Source: the human T2T-CHM13v2.0 reference genome, Homo sapiens. Taken from it: a stretch of 64,000 nucleotides of DNA. Each line of letters opens with the position of its first letter. Position 1 is the first letter of the stretch. This document shows positions 30,596 to 44,275 of the stretch, in pieces. The notes under the pieces are model-generated. The model had not been told where the DNA came from. It saw only the letters and a program-made list of their open reading frames with translations, and did not search any database. The stretch is taken from NCBI RefSeq assembly GCF_009914755.1, contig NC_060942.1. One strand, 5' to 3'. Position numbers and translations under genes: made by a program.

Positions 30596-32179
30596 CAAGT
30601 AACCCATGGCAGCATTTTCCAACTTTTGGTCACAACCCTTCGGTTAGGAAATCAACTTAATGGCTTGGGACCAGAGTTAAAAACAAACAAACAACAACAA
30701 CTGAAACCAACTCAATTGAGCAGAAACTTGTGCATGCCTGTTGTGTTTAAGACATGTCTCTTTCTGGGGGATGTCATCCAAAACATTGGAAAACCCCTAC
30801 CTTAAGTGGTTCAGATCTTTCAGACTTTCTGAGACATTTTATCAGAATTTGTGTGAACTATTAAAGGCTTTTTACTGTTTAAAAGTTATATTGTAATTCT
30901 GACTTTTGTTCACGTATTTGATGATTCAATTATTTATTCATTACATAGTCAAAGGTAGAAAATTACATGTAATTACTTGTGCTTATCTGATAAGCATAGT
31001 GACTGATGTATGTAAATGCTCAATATGTGATGGATGAATGAATGAATGATTAAATTACTTAATAAATAGTGCTTTGCCTAGTTTTCCCTAGATTATTTTT
31101 ATAAACTAGTTTTTCTTCTCACCTATCCCCAAGCTCCTAATTAAATAATTACTTGGAGTAGAATCAACCAAGAATACTTACATGCACATCCTAAGCTCAG
31201 TGACAACCAAGGCAGGACTTTCTCCTTTGCTAATGCTCTCATCCAAGTGAGGTGTCTGCTTGGTTTGGATTAGGCCATGCAGATTCTGGTGACATCCATG
31301 TTATCACAGGTCACATTGGCCTGGGTGCCTTGCCATGACATAAGTCACTCAAAAAAGATAGAACCATAAATAATTTGGCTGACACGGGTTAGCTTTATTT
31401 AAAGCAAGTTATTTTATTAACAGTTCCAAGATTGAAAGTCAGGTCTTAAAAAATCATTTTAATTCTCTACATAACCAACTTTATGTAACTCAGCTATTAC
31501 TTATTGAGTTACTATGTTCTCAGCCTTGGGCAAGGTGCTGCAGGAAATATTGAAAAAGTATCAGAGGTGCTTAGATCATGCAATACTAATGATAAGTGAG
31601 AAAGACGTTCAGATTGGGCAGAAAAAAATATGAAATGAGTCCAGTGGAAAAGTCTTCAAATAGCTAGACACGTAGGACACCAAACACAGGCAATGCAGAA
31701 GGTCTCAGGTAACATCCTTAATGCCTAAAAGCTGCATTCTAATTTATTCTAATTTGCCTAAAGCCTCTTCATTAAGGGGCTTGTTTGGTGCAACATTCCA
31801 CAAACCATTAGCAACATAACAGTCTCTGGGATTTGTCTTTGAGCATTAGCAGGCTTAGTATGTTCATCGCTGCATGTCTCAGTGGCTTTCTGGGCTGTTT
31901 CCATCTCCTGTCCCACTGATTACACTTTTGCAAGAGTTGGACTGAAAGAGTGAAAATATCTATGGCATTGTTGGCAGAAAACAAGACACCGGTCAGAGTG
32001 ATAACAACTGGCCTCCAAAGGACCAGGAGATAGGGAGAGGGCTTTCTAATGGAGCAAACAGCTGTGAAGATAAATGAGATGAGGATTAGAAAAAAAGTAA
32101 AAATAATAGTAGAGGCAAAACTTGAAAATTTTAGAATTAAAAACAAAACAAAACAAACAAACAAACCCATACTAAATGA

Positions 32180-32300
32180 TAAAAAGAGGATTTAGTCTAG
32201 AAAAGAGAAGACTAAGTGATGATTTCATTAGGGTCTTCAAAAAATATAAAAGATGATTTTATAGGAATAGGAGAGACCAGCTGTTTTACATGTTAAGCAG
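32180..32300 (+). mobile_element. CR1/L3 LINE 3' fragment
   Basis: ggatttagtctagaaaagagaagactaag...gtcttcaaaaaatataaaag resembles the L3/CR1 RT C-terminus (LFSLEKRRLRGD-like). Confidence 0.55.
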
Positions 32301-33686
32301 AAGTTTGAAGAATAGAAACTGGATAGGAAAAAGTGCATCTTTATTTCTTTTTTGTTTATTCAATAACTATTTATTGAGTGCCTCGTCTGTACCACACAGT
32401 TGTTAATTATAAAATTCTATTTACCCAGCTAGTGCAATTCACTGTGCTAGCACTTACAAGGGTGGAAAATTTTATAAGACATAATCTTTCTCTTCAAGGG
32501 GCTACATTGAATGAGTCCCTGGAGGAGCTCATATAATTGCTTTTCCTGGGGACTTTTTGGAAATGGCATAATGAAAATGAGTATAACCACAGGAGTCAAC
32601 GATTCCAGTCATGTTCATCTATTACTTTATGTTCAGGTCTTCATCAGGGTTGAGAATGCTATGAAGTTTCTTCTGAGGAGGATGTGTGTAATGATTTATT
32701 GTCTATGGAGAAATGGAAGAAAAACCAGCTTAAAACCAGTAAAAAGTGAAGTATATAACTTGGAGCTTAAAATTTTTCAGAGTCTTATTTCTTTTGTTAT
32801 CTCTTGTTTCCTCCTGAAGGCAGACATTCCAATTGTCTGCACATAACATAGATTGAATTGTGAAATAAGTTTCTGTCAACCCAACTCTACTAAGAGTTGT
32901 CACAAATTCCAAATGACTTCTCAAATTTCAAACGACTACCCAGACTTGCAAAATTGGTCTTTTTCTCAAAAGATTATGACTAGAAGTCTGCTCCTAGCTC
33001 AGATCTTAACAAAGGGTTATGACTTACAGACTTTTCCACTTAAGAGGACTTGCCTAGAGCAAAATAAATTTAAAACAAATAACTTGCTTTGACTAACATT
33101 GTGTGTCCTGTAAGGGAAAGCAATTTTCAAATTAACATGCACCAACATGACTAATCTGAAAAGTCTGTCCTGTGGGGGACATTGAAAAGAATTCTAAGGC
33201 AGGACCTGTTCTAGGTACTTACTGTTGACTCACATAAAGGGTCAGTCTTCTCACCTTCTTGAACCAGACATTGTCAAGATGTTATCCTTTTTAGTTCAGT
33301 ATCATATCCACTTTCAAATCATATCATTAATCTGTAGCTACCCTATTGGAGGGCTGTGAGAATCAAGTGTTGGATAATTTCTGGGGGTGGCAGGATTACC
33401 AAGCACAGCTATGTGAAAACATATGCATACTTAAAATTCTTATGTATGCTTAATAAATATTAGAACACCACTGAGCTAAAATTAATGAGTCTGTGTTTGA
33501 AGCATGGCAGTATTTAAAATTACCTGCCTGATGACAATTTTAGTTAATCACATTAGAAGTCTGTCTGATTACTTCTTGTTAATTACTACTTATAATCCAG
33601 GGGGAAAAAGATCTAGAAATTTCCAGGTTAACAGGTTGCTTAATTCCTAACATTCAAACTGGTATTTAAAATAATATTCACACCCG

Positions 33687-34198
<512 letters not shown>

Positions 34199-34299
34199 CT
34201 AGACGCCAAGGGATTGCGCTGAACAGCACCGCCTAACCATATTTTCTGTGAGATCTGTGGACCGGCAAGTTCATATCCTCATCACATAAGGCCATATTT

Positions 34300-34480
34300 A
34301 TTCTTCCTCTATTCACCCTCATATTTTTATGCTTATTAAATATTCTCCATTTGCACCCACTTGAATTTAAGCTTCATGAAAGGAGGGATTTTTATGTGAT
34401 TTGTTGACAGATATATCCCAAATGCCAACAGACCCTGGCACACAGTGGACTCGCAATAAATATTTGCTGAATGAATGAAT
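34300..34480 (+). mobile_element. L2 3' end
   Basis: taagcttcatgaaaggaggga...cctggcacacagtggactcgcaataaatatttgctgaatgaatgaat. Confidence 0.8.
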
Positions 34481-37400
34481 TTAACCATTTCCACAATGGA
34501 CAGATGGGGACATCTGTTCAGATGAATTTGCTGATGTGTTTGAAGGAAACTTCAGAATCAATATAGATGTATATAGATGATATTTTTTCTTCTATTCTTA
34601 TATTTAATTTTCCCAGCCTAAAAGACACAGGGCTAAATCTCTTTGAAGGTCCTGGAAGGACAACATCTGGTTTTAAATTGATAGTTAACAGGGGCTTGTG
34701 AAAGACATTTAAAAAAATTTTTTGTAAAGAAAAGCTGGCTGCTCTGGAGGATAAGTTTGCAAATTGGTTGAAAAAAAAATGAATGAAAGAAGAATTCAAT
34801 TACCAACACCAAGTAACCTGTCTGAGTGAGTTTTTCTTTAATAAAAGAATTTTTGATTGGCTTGTTGACTCTTATTGGAGAAGCCAGACCAAATTAAATT
34901 CAAATTGCTTCTTCTTGGAAACAAAACAAAACAAAACCTTCACTCCCTTCTGAGGCAAATTATCAGAGAAGATCCTAACCTCAAATCATGAAGCAATTTA
35001 TAAACAACTGCCTCCACGGAAGCCAGATGCCACACAAATCTGACCCATGCACATAACTAGCTGGTGGAGACACCTGTGCGTTTTCAGGTAGAGATCCTGT
35101 AAAAACACCTTATTTATTTTTTAAATGAAATTGAGTTAATATTAGCTAATAATTCTTGATGGGTTTTTTTTTCCTACTGAAAGACCTTTCAGGCCCCAGC
35201 ATTTCACAGTAAAATACAGGCTCCTGCATATCCAAATAATCTCCATGCATATTTAACACAACAGCCATTAGTTGCAGTTCGATGGTTGCAGTTCAATGTA
35301 TTGTAGGAATATCTAAGTTTAACCTGGGATTTCTCAGCACTTTGTGTTCTTCATGCATCAATTTGCCTTGATGCCTAGATTCCTAAATCAAAGGGAACGT
35401 AATCTAATTTCAAACTGAAGTAAACGAGGAATTGATGGGTATTGCCTTGTAGGCAAAACAAAGCACAAAGCAACTAGTCTGATCCCATGAAATAAAACTA
35501 TATGGAGAAAAATAAACTCAGTATTTTAAACTCAAAGTCCCATTTCTGCCACCTTTTGCTTTTCATTTCCTTTTAAAGGTTGTTCTTAAACTTTATTACC
35601 CTGCCACCCTTCTCTCTGACCTGCCTCGATTTTCCTGTCATTCCTGTGTGCCAGCATCACACACAGTGATTGGGGTATCTGCAGCTTTGTCCCTCAGCAC
35701 ACTGTGGGCCCAAGGGAGGGAGACACCTGCTGTTAGCATGCTGGCTTGGTCCTCTGCTCTCATCATTCAAGAGCTGAGCCTTCACAGCCTCTTAACCACT
35801 CTCTGGACACACCTGTACATCCCAGCCTGTCAGTGGCATCAGGGGTGTGTTTTATTGATCACTAGATTCAAAGTCCATTGTCTGCCTGAAAGGAATATAT
35901 GGTGCGAAGACTGGAAGCAGGCAATTTCACTGAGAAATCAAATTGTTGATCGCCAATTCACCAAATGGCTCAGTCAGCGGATTTACTTGTTAACTCAGTC
36001 AGCAAATTTACTTGGCAACTCTTGAGTTTCAGTTAATCGGTTTTTGTTTTGTCTTCACAGCATCACTGTAGAGACATTGAGCTGTCCCAGCTCCTGTTGC
36101 AGCTGGAAACTGAAGGGTAGAGAGAAACAGAGACTGAGAGAGTTTAGCAAGAATGTATTTTTGAAGAAAGATTTCTTATGAATATATTATTCATTAATAT
36201 ATTTACTCATAGGAAGAATATATAAGAATTCTGAATATTTAAGAATCAATTAACAATTATATTCTTCATGAATATATTGATAAGAGTGTTTTTAAGAGGA
36301 ATATTTACAAGAGAAAATATTCACAAAGAATATATTCTCAAATATTAAGAATATATTCATAGGAACACTTCATAGTCTAGAACACATTCTTCAGCCTTAG
36401 GAATTGCAGAGACAAACTGAATATTCCTTAAAATGAAGCAAAATTCAACATTCCAAAAGAAATAAGTAAATATGGCAAGTCAGTCATGTGCTGGGTGGTT
36501 AAGACTGACTTCTACAACAAGACAAGGTGTAGGACTCAGGGTTCAACCCTGGGCCTCACTCCAAAGCCCCAGCACTTTCCATGATCCTTCACCGCCTCCA
36601 ACTCTTACTCAAAAGTTGGAGATTCTTTGGACAAAGATGACTTGTCCAAGAAATCCCAGGTGTATTTGAAAGTCAGTGCTGAGCAAAAGAAAGCTGTCAT
36701 GACTTGGAATCCTGTGTTAACAACGAGTCAATCTCTTTTGCTGTCAGTCTTAGAAATGCTTTGGTACGTGGGTTCTACAAGGTCAGGAATTCTAATCACA
36801 GGGGAGAAGCGGTGTTCAAAGATTGTGAATGATAGTTTTTTTTTAATATCCTAGGGCTGCTGGAAGTGAGAGAAATTTATTTTTTTTTTTGCAAGAGTTA
36901 TCTAAAATTACAGGCTTTCAAAGACTCTAGTCTCAGAAGTCCTAAGCTCCCTTAGGATTCATGCTAATGATCTAATTTCCAGCATCATGGTGTGTACTTA
37001 TGATTGTGATGTACAAATGGTCCTTGGGGGGAACTCTTTCTAATAACCTGGAAGTTCGTGTTTCTTGAAGCCCTGTTGATAATTTTTTCCTTTGTCCCTG
37101 ACTCAATTCACATTCCAGGGGATCAGGAAAAGAGGAGCAGAGTTAGAGGCTGAGGCTGTGCCCACGAGCAGCAAGGTCTTCAAGCCACCTGTGCCATTTC
37201 TGGGTGCTGCTTGGCCCCTGAGTGGTGGGGGTCCTCCTGGCAGAGTGAACAATCTCAACTCTTATGTTGCAAACCTTCCTGCAGAGCATCAGGAGAAGGG
37301 GAAGGGAGCTGGGTGGAGGAAGCTGGATGTAGGTGGTCCAAGGCAGTTGGGGCCCCTTGACAGCACCCCAGGGGCTCCTCCAAACATGAGTGACACCTAG

Positions 37401-37719
37401 AAGAGTGGGCCCTGAGGGGTCCTTGAAGGCTGTGTCAGGCTTGATGCAAACGTAAGGGGTTTGTTCCAGGAGATTCCTGGAAGTCTGGTCTTCCGTTGAC
37501 TTAAAGGAATGGATTTTTGTTCCTGTTGTTTTCCTGATGCCTATTTAATGGCTGCTGTCAGGTGTCAGCACCTTATATGTGCTGTTTACACTCACATCCA
37601 TGCAGACATCCGCAAAATAAAATTTTACAAAACCCTGGAGAAGGTATTATTTTCTCATTTATAGAGAGGTTACACCTATTTAGGAAGTTGCAGAGCTGAG
37701 ATTTGCATTGATTTGGGTT

Positions 37720-38430
37720 GGCTCGCTTTGTTCATTGATACAAGAAATCACTTACTGTGTGCCAAGTAAGTGCCAGATCCTATGCTAGGTGCTTAGAATA
37801 AATGATGTGCATGCCAGACCCAGTCTTTGTCCCCTCAGATCTTCTAGGCTAAGGATGAGAGACAAGTAATAACAATAGTGAACAGCAATGCAACGGGGAG
37901 GAGCAGGCTGCTGTGGGGCTCTTAAGTGAGTCAGGAACCGAATAGTGATGGAGTCCAGAAAGACTAGTGAGAAGTGGGAAGAGGAAGGGTGAGATGGCCT
38001 CAGGCAGAGGACCCACAAATACAAAGTGGGGCCTGGGAGCAGGGTGAGTTTGGAGAAATAAAGAAGCTCAGTGCAAATCCAGCCTGGATGTGGACAGGAA
38101 CAGAAGATGTCTAAAAGGTGGGCACTGGCTGGGTTGTGATGTCTGCAGTGTGCCAGGGCCTGCCTGGGCCAGCTCTCCAGTGCTGTCTGCACATCTCCTC
38201 CTAACTCCAGTGATTTTGTGTTGGTAGAAGAAGAATTCTACCACAGAAAGGGACAAAAAGGCAGGTGATTTGAGTTTCCAGGCTGGCTGAGCAGCTGCTC
38301 TGATGATGGCGTCGTTCACTTGGTAAGGAGTATTAGAATGGAGGGATCAAAGCTCCCTGTTGAATACCTCAAGGTTGAGGTGCTTGAGTGACAACGTGGG
38401 GGTGTCTGGCAGGCAGCTAGATACCTGGAT
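37720..38430 (-). mobile_element. L2 LINE (antisense), preceded by a MIR fragment (~37530-37720)
   Basis: ttcattgatacaagaaatcacttactgtgtgcc...gctaggtgct...; purine-rich antisense L2 body. Confidence 0.6.
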
Positions 38431-38824
38431 CGATCCCTTTCTGTCTGATCACACTGTCTCCTAGGAGCACAATAGTTCAACTCCATTTGATTTGGTATTA
38501 TGCAACCTGTTCAAGGCCCTACTGCTGAAATGACATGTGTTAGATATACAAACCACAAATCTCAGGTCTTCCATGGAACCTATACAATAAGCAATTTTGA
38601 GGTTTTTATTAATTTTAAAAACTCCCATTTAATCTCTCAAATTATTAACACCTAAACCTGCTTCCCTTGGGAAATATATCCCAAGAAAGACAGCACTCCA
38701 AAATGGCTGACTTCCTTGCTAGCTAATGTGGGCCGTTACCTCTGTTCTTCCATGGCTGACAAAAAACAGACTCCATGCTGTGGCATGGGCACAGGTCATA
38801 TCAACATATGCATTAAGGTAGTGA

Positions 38825-40335
38825 GGTATAAATTTTGTTTTCTCTGTTTATTATCATTTAAAATATATTAAAATTTTAACATGGCAGAAGCAGGAATTTT
38901 ACTTGCACATGGCAGTCTACAAAAAGCAAAACAAACAAAACTCCACAGAAACAAAATTTACATCAACCAATAATATATTAAAATTCCTTTTAGGTAAAGA
39001 TCTAAAGAAATGTTATATATGCACACCTCTTAGAGTTTGTTTATTTTCTTCAGTGAAAAAAAAATGTAAAGCTTGAGAAATTCTCCAAGCAGAATCAACT
39101 TTCTTAAACCTTAACATTCTTAATGAAGCAAGTGGACATAGAACCTCTCCCTCTTTCTCCCCACCCACAAATGGTGTCCCTCCACTTCTGGGAGAGTATT
39201 TGTAGCTGTTACTACCTGTAAAAGTAGTAAGAAGTGTCAGAAAAGAGGTACTTGTCTTTCAACACTGTGGGACTGATTCCACACAACTTAAGCCTCCGAT
39301 ACAATCACTTACAAAAAACAAATAAGGCCTGACAACAAATCGGAATGTTTCAAACAAAGAATAAGTACCACGCTCCCTACTTTAGAGATCTTCCCTTTGA
39401 ATAGTGTGTCTCCATTTGTAAAGATGCACACAGCCCCAGATGTAATATAACACAGCTCCTTATTACAGGGGTTCTGGCAGACTGCAGTGGAAATGAGTCA
39501 ATTCTGAAACGCCCTTCAGAGTGGGAGCAGGGAGGAGTTCTGTGCAGGTGAGCGTCTGGCCCAGCAGCCACACCAGTGTTAGGACAGGGTCCCCTGAGGC
39601 CCCGCTGATGGTGGAGGGTCCTCAGAAGGGTCTCTCCAGCTTTTGGAAGTGCCCACCTGACCGTCCTCTCATTACTCCTGGCTACTCTCCTTTGTGGAGG
39701 CTCCAGGAAAGCTTGGGAGCACAACCAAGAAATGGTTAATGGAACAAAAAGGAGAATTAATGAATCATGAAAACATGTGCTTATTATTATTATTTTTTAG
39801 AGATTCACACTTTCCTGAGTAAAGTACACAAAAATCTCACATGAAGTCTTTTGAAAGCACCAGGCCTCTAGCTCTTAGACTAGCTGTGCTCCATGGCAGA
39901 TCTGAGCCAAGCTCGATGTTGCTCTGGTAAAAACATTAACGATGTATTCATGAACACTGCTTTTCTAATATTTCACCACTTGAGAGTGTTATGCTTGTAA
40001 GATGGAAAATGGTTTCTTTTCTGGTGACGGAGAAGAATAAAGGTGGATGTGTGGGCTTCTTTGGTCTGTCTTGCAAACAAATCAGAGCTGAGCGGATCCC
40101 ACCAAAGATAACAATGTTCGTAAACCAAACCCACAGATGGGCCTAAGCCTCTGAGTCATTGGCACTGGACCAGTCATCAAAATCCTCTAAACATGTAAAC
40201 AAATCACAGACACTTTAAAAAGTCCAGATTCAGTGTGGATACGGCCATGGGGACATTCACATCAAATTAATGTGCTCCACTTTTATTGCTGAAAGAGCGC
40301 AGGTCTTGGTGCCAGAGGAAGTTCAGGGAGCCCAT
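38825..40335 (-). other. L3MBTL4: L3MBTL4 3' UTR (~1.5 kb; 3' end approximate)
   Basis: Sequence with no obvious interspersed repeat following the stop codon, AU-rich distally, ending ~20 nt after AATAAA (plus-strand tttatt 38847-38852). Confidence 0.7.
38847..38852 (-). terminator. Polyadenylation signal AATAAA (probable main distal site)
   Basis: Canonical hexamer on the minus strand with U-rich and UGUA elements upstream and GU-containing sequence downstream. Confidence 0.6.
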
Positions 40336-40503
40336 TCATCCCCTGACTTCTTGGCCTGAGGCAATATCTTCTTCAGGGAGTTCCTGGGAATGCCTGAACA
40401 TCAGGATAGAGTTGTAAATCTTCAGTGCTGGGCCCAGTTTGATCTTCATCACTTTGACAATGTCCGTCTGTGTCAGAAGCAGGAAGGCTTTGCCATCGAT
40501 CTG
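40336..40503 (-). CDS. L3MBTL4: L3MBTL4 last coding exon, SAM domain C-terminal half and TGA stop
   Basis: Acceptor tatttatgtatttgcAG|CAGATC. Encodes QIDGKAFLLLTQTDIVKVMKIKLGPALKIYNSILMFRHSQELPEEDIASGQEVRG*. The IDG-A-LLL...KLGPALKI pattern is diagnostic of Polycomb-type (Ph/Scm/L3MBT) SAM domains; paralog assignment is from recall of the C-terminus. Confidence 0.95.
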   Translation of the reverse strand, partial: QIDGKAFLLLTQTDIVKVMKIKLGPALKIYNSILMFRHSQELPEEDIASGQEVRG

Positions 40504-40849
40504 CTGCAAATACATAAATAGACACAAATAAAAATGTTTTGCCACGGAAGCCTGTTTACTCACCAGTAACACTTTGGTTCTGAGTGTGATGTGGAACCCG
40601 TCATAGCCTCCGTGTTGAGCTCACCAGTGAGAGAGAATGACGGTAGCTCTCACTCGGCTTAGTTACAACCATTGCTCCACTCCAATTCTTTCTTCTAGAA
40701 CTTTGAAGTTAAATTGAAAAGATGCTCATGCTGTTAAATACGAATTCAATATACACGAACTGTTCCCAGGCTACATTTCTATTGTTGTCTTTTAAAAAGG
40801 TTGGCTTGAATTTGTATCAAGAGCCTTAAAACCAAGTAAATCTCCAGGA

Positions 40850-41515
40850 ATTTTTCCCAAGAGAATAATGTGCAATGTGTATATGCTAGTATTATTTATA
40901 ATACTGAAATCTTGAAAGCAACCCACTGTTCCCAATAATATCAGAAGTAAATAATACTATAGTCAGAGTGGGCTACTATGCAGTCACCCAAAATCAACTC
41001 TCTTGAAACATTTAATGATTTAGGAATTTTTTTTTTATAGATCAGTAAACAACAGAACATGGTATATGATAGAGAAAGATTTCAGTTTTACTTTGTACAA
41101 TTAAACATGCATGGCTGCATGTATACATATGCATATTTAAAATATTTTGAAGTCTTTACACCAAATGTTAACTGAAATTATCTTTGGATGTAGAATAGTG
41201 GTTAGTTTTTATTTAATCCTTTCAACTTTCCTGTATTTAAATTTTTTAAAGAATACATACCATTATAAGCAAAAATACACATAAAATAAATGTTTTATTT
41301 ATTAAACTTTAAAAATACATTTCAAAACTTGCACAGAATGATTCCTGGCTCCAGATGAACAAGATCTGGGGCTCTGATGTATGGCATGGGTGGTAATGGA
41401 AAGAGTGAATTTGACTTTGGTAATCATCACGCATTGTATATGTATATCAAATCATCACATTATACACTTTGAATGTATTCAATCTTGTTTTGACAATTAA
41501 ATATTTTTAAATTAA
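40850..41515 (+). mobile_element. Old L1ME 3' fragments in the last intron
   Basis: ccaggaatttttcccaagagaataa...gtattatttataatac...; gtatatcaaatcatcacattatacactttgaatgtattcaat. Confidence 0.6.
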
Positions 41516-41671
41516 AAAGATATTACAGCATGAAAGTAATAGCTTCCCCGAGACTCACAGGATGGCAGTGGCCACCGTGTAGGCTGCTTTCCCCAGCTTC
41601 TGGATGCCCCAGTGACCTCAGCACAACTCCAGGGACTACTGCAGCGTCTCTGATTGACACAGCCTGGCTCA

Positions 41672-42320
<649 letters not shown>

Positions 42321-42619
42321 TCCTGTAGTGTCAATGTCTCACTGATAGAATTACCCTGGGACCCCAAGGGTAGCGTTTTGAAGTTATAATATTTAAAAAA
42401 GTTTTTAAAACCTTCCTGTGCATTTATGATATATTGTCTGATAAGGACTCATCCATCTAGAGGAGGAAACACTTTTTCCCTCGGAAAAGGCATTTTCCCC
42501 AAGGCAGAGGAGAATGAGCCTACATCCATACCCTGACCTGGCTAAGCTCCAGCATTTTCAGGCAAAAATTGCTGTCCAAATACCCCATTGTCCTAAGAAT
42601 AAGGTCGTGATGGTGACAA

Positions 42620-42830
42620 CAACAGCTAACATTTATGGAGCTACAGTAATCTATTATATGGGTTTGATCCTCCTGATAACCCTGTAATATAGGTGAGGAA
42701 ACCTGGAATTGCAAGCTTAATGACTTGCCCAAGCTCATGCAGCTTCTAAGGGGCAAAGTTGGGATTTCTGGCAGAGCTTGTTGGAGCCCAGAGGAGACCC
42801 TCTGCTATATACTGCTGCCTTTATTAAGCC
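42620..42830 (-). mobile_element. MIR SINE
   Basis: gctaacatttatggagc...ggtgaggaaacc...ttaatgacttgcccaagctcatgcagct. Confidence 0.75.
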
Positions 42831-43359
42831 CCTACTTTGGGACAAGAACAGGGCTCGGTGCTTCAAACATGCTCACCCTAATCTTTAAGGGCCCCTCTCG
42901 TAAATCTGTGTTTCAGAGAGGAGGGATAAGAGGGGTTCAGCAATCTGCCTAAAGTGACAGTACTGGTCAGTGAGTGCCAAATATAAGCAATTCAACCTGC
43001 AAAAAGCCACTCCCTCTTACCCTACGTGGACAGACTTGAGGACAAAGCAAGCCTTGATCATCGCTACCTGCAGAGTAGACTGTATGTGTGAACGTGGCCA
43101 ACTATGCCCAAGCCATGCTGAGCTCAGGCAGAGCCAGGCGAACCCCACAGGTAGCAGCTACCCAGACTGAGGCTATCTGACCTTGATGCTGAGTTCCTCT
43201 ACTGTGCTCGGAGGGGTCCAGAACCCAAAACTCAGCACTTCCTTAACTCATGCATGCTCTGAACCTGAGAGAGGGAGAGGTATGTGCTGCCTTTCAGTTT
43301 CTATGAGGATGGTTTTCTTGGAAAGTTCTAGAGCAGCGATGGAGGCTCTGAGCTCTCAG

Positions 43360-43560
43360 ATGGATATGAGCTGGAATCCGACTTTTCTTGCCCTTTTCTT
43401 GCTCTGCCTCACCTTCCTGGGCCTGAGCTTCTTCATCGGTAAGCTGCCATTGTAGTGTTGTCACAAGGATCAAAGGATAATGGTTGTAAAATGCTTAGCA
43501 CCATGCCTGGCACATGGCAAGCCCCTGATACACAAGCACTGGGATTAGTATGTGCATCAT
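43360..43560 (+). mobile_element. MIR SINE
   Basis: ctgggcctgagcttcttcatcggtaa...tgtaaaatgcttagcaccatgcctggcacatggcaagc. Confidence 0.75.
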
Positions 43561-44124
43561 TCTGTAGCTGGTCCAGTCTCTTCCGGGGCCCCTATAGCTA
43601 TGGATACTAATTCCAGGAAATATGCGAAGCAGTTCAGTACATTCCCAACCAAGAGGGGACAGGAGATAGAAACCCCGTAGAAGGATTTGGGGCTGCTCTG
43701 GAAGCAAATGCAGGGCAGGGATAGATAGGAGGGTCCCATGCTGACTTTGGAGTAGACAAATCCCCAATCTTTCCCAGGTGCAATCCCAAGGGAGGATTCC
43801 TGCCTTCCCGCAAATGGCTTCAAGCCACCAATGGAGAGGCCTCATGACACTGATAGGTATTAATTAATTATCTTTTTCATTTACTCTTCCAGCAAATAGT
43901 ATACGTACTGAGCATGCTGTATGCACCAAGCACCATGGCATTCTGCAACAAAACCTAGCAAAATGTAAGAGGACTGAAGGCGGAGACTGACCCAGCTTGG
44001 TCTCACACTGCATAATTGGGCTCTATTCCTGCTGGATCTCCTTTGTCTTGCTGCCCCCAAATTGTACTTATTTACACTTAAGTAAATGAAAACAAAACAC
44101 TTCTGGGTCTAGAAGTATAGAAAT

Positions 44125-44164
44125 ACATACATATATATATATACATATATATATATACACACAC

Positions 44165-44194
<30 letters not shown>
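44125..44194. repeat. Compound (TA)/(CA) microsatellite
   Basis: Directly visible; starts ~18 nt into the intron after the 63-nt exon. Confidence 0.95.
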
Positions 44195-44195
<1 letters not shown>

Positions 44196-44212
44196 ATTTT
44201 TGCATCTCTTAC

Positions 44213-44275
44213 CTCTTTCTTAAAGCACTTGGCATGCTCTTCACAGCCCAGAAGAGACTGTACAAACTCAGCCAC
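44213..44275 (-). CDS. L3MBTL4: L3MBTL4 penultimate coding exon (63 nt, phase 0-0), SAM domain
   Basis: Acceptor ttttcatctcgcactgtAG|GTG and donor AAAGAG|GTaaga. Encodes VAEFVQSLLGCEEHAKCFKKE, SAM-like and in frame with both neighbouring exons. Confidence 0.95.

Noticed and set aside
40504-40572. N-terminal part of ORF 40336..40572 (MLLVSKQ...MYL)
   Set aside because: Intronic read-through upstream of the splice acceptor; only 40503-40336 is exonic.
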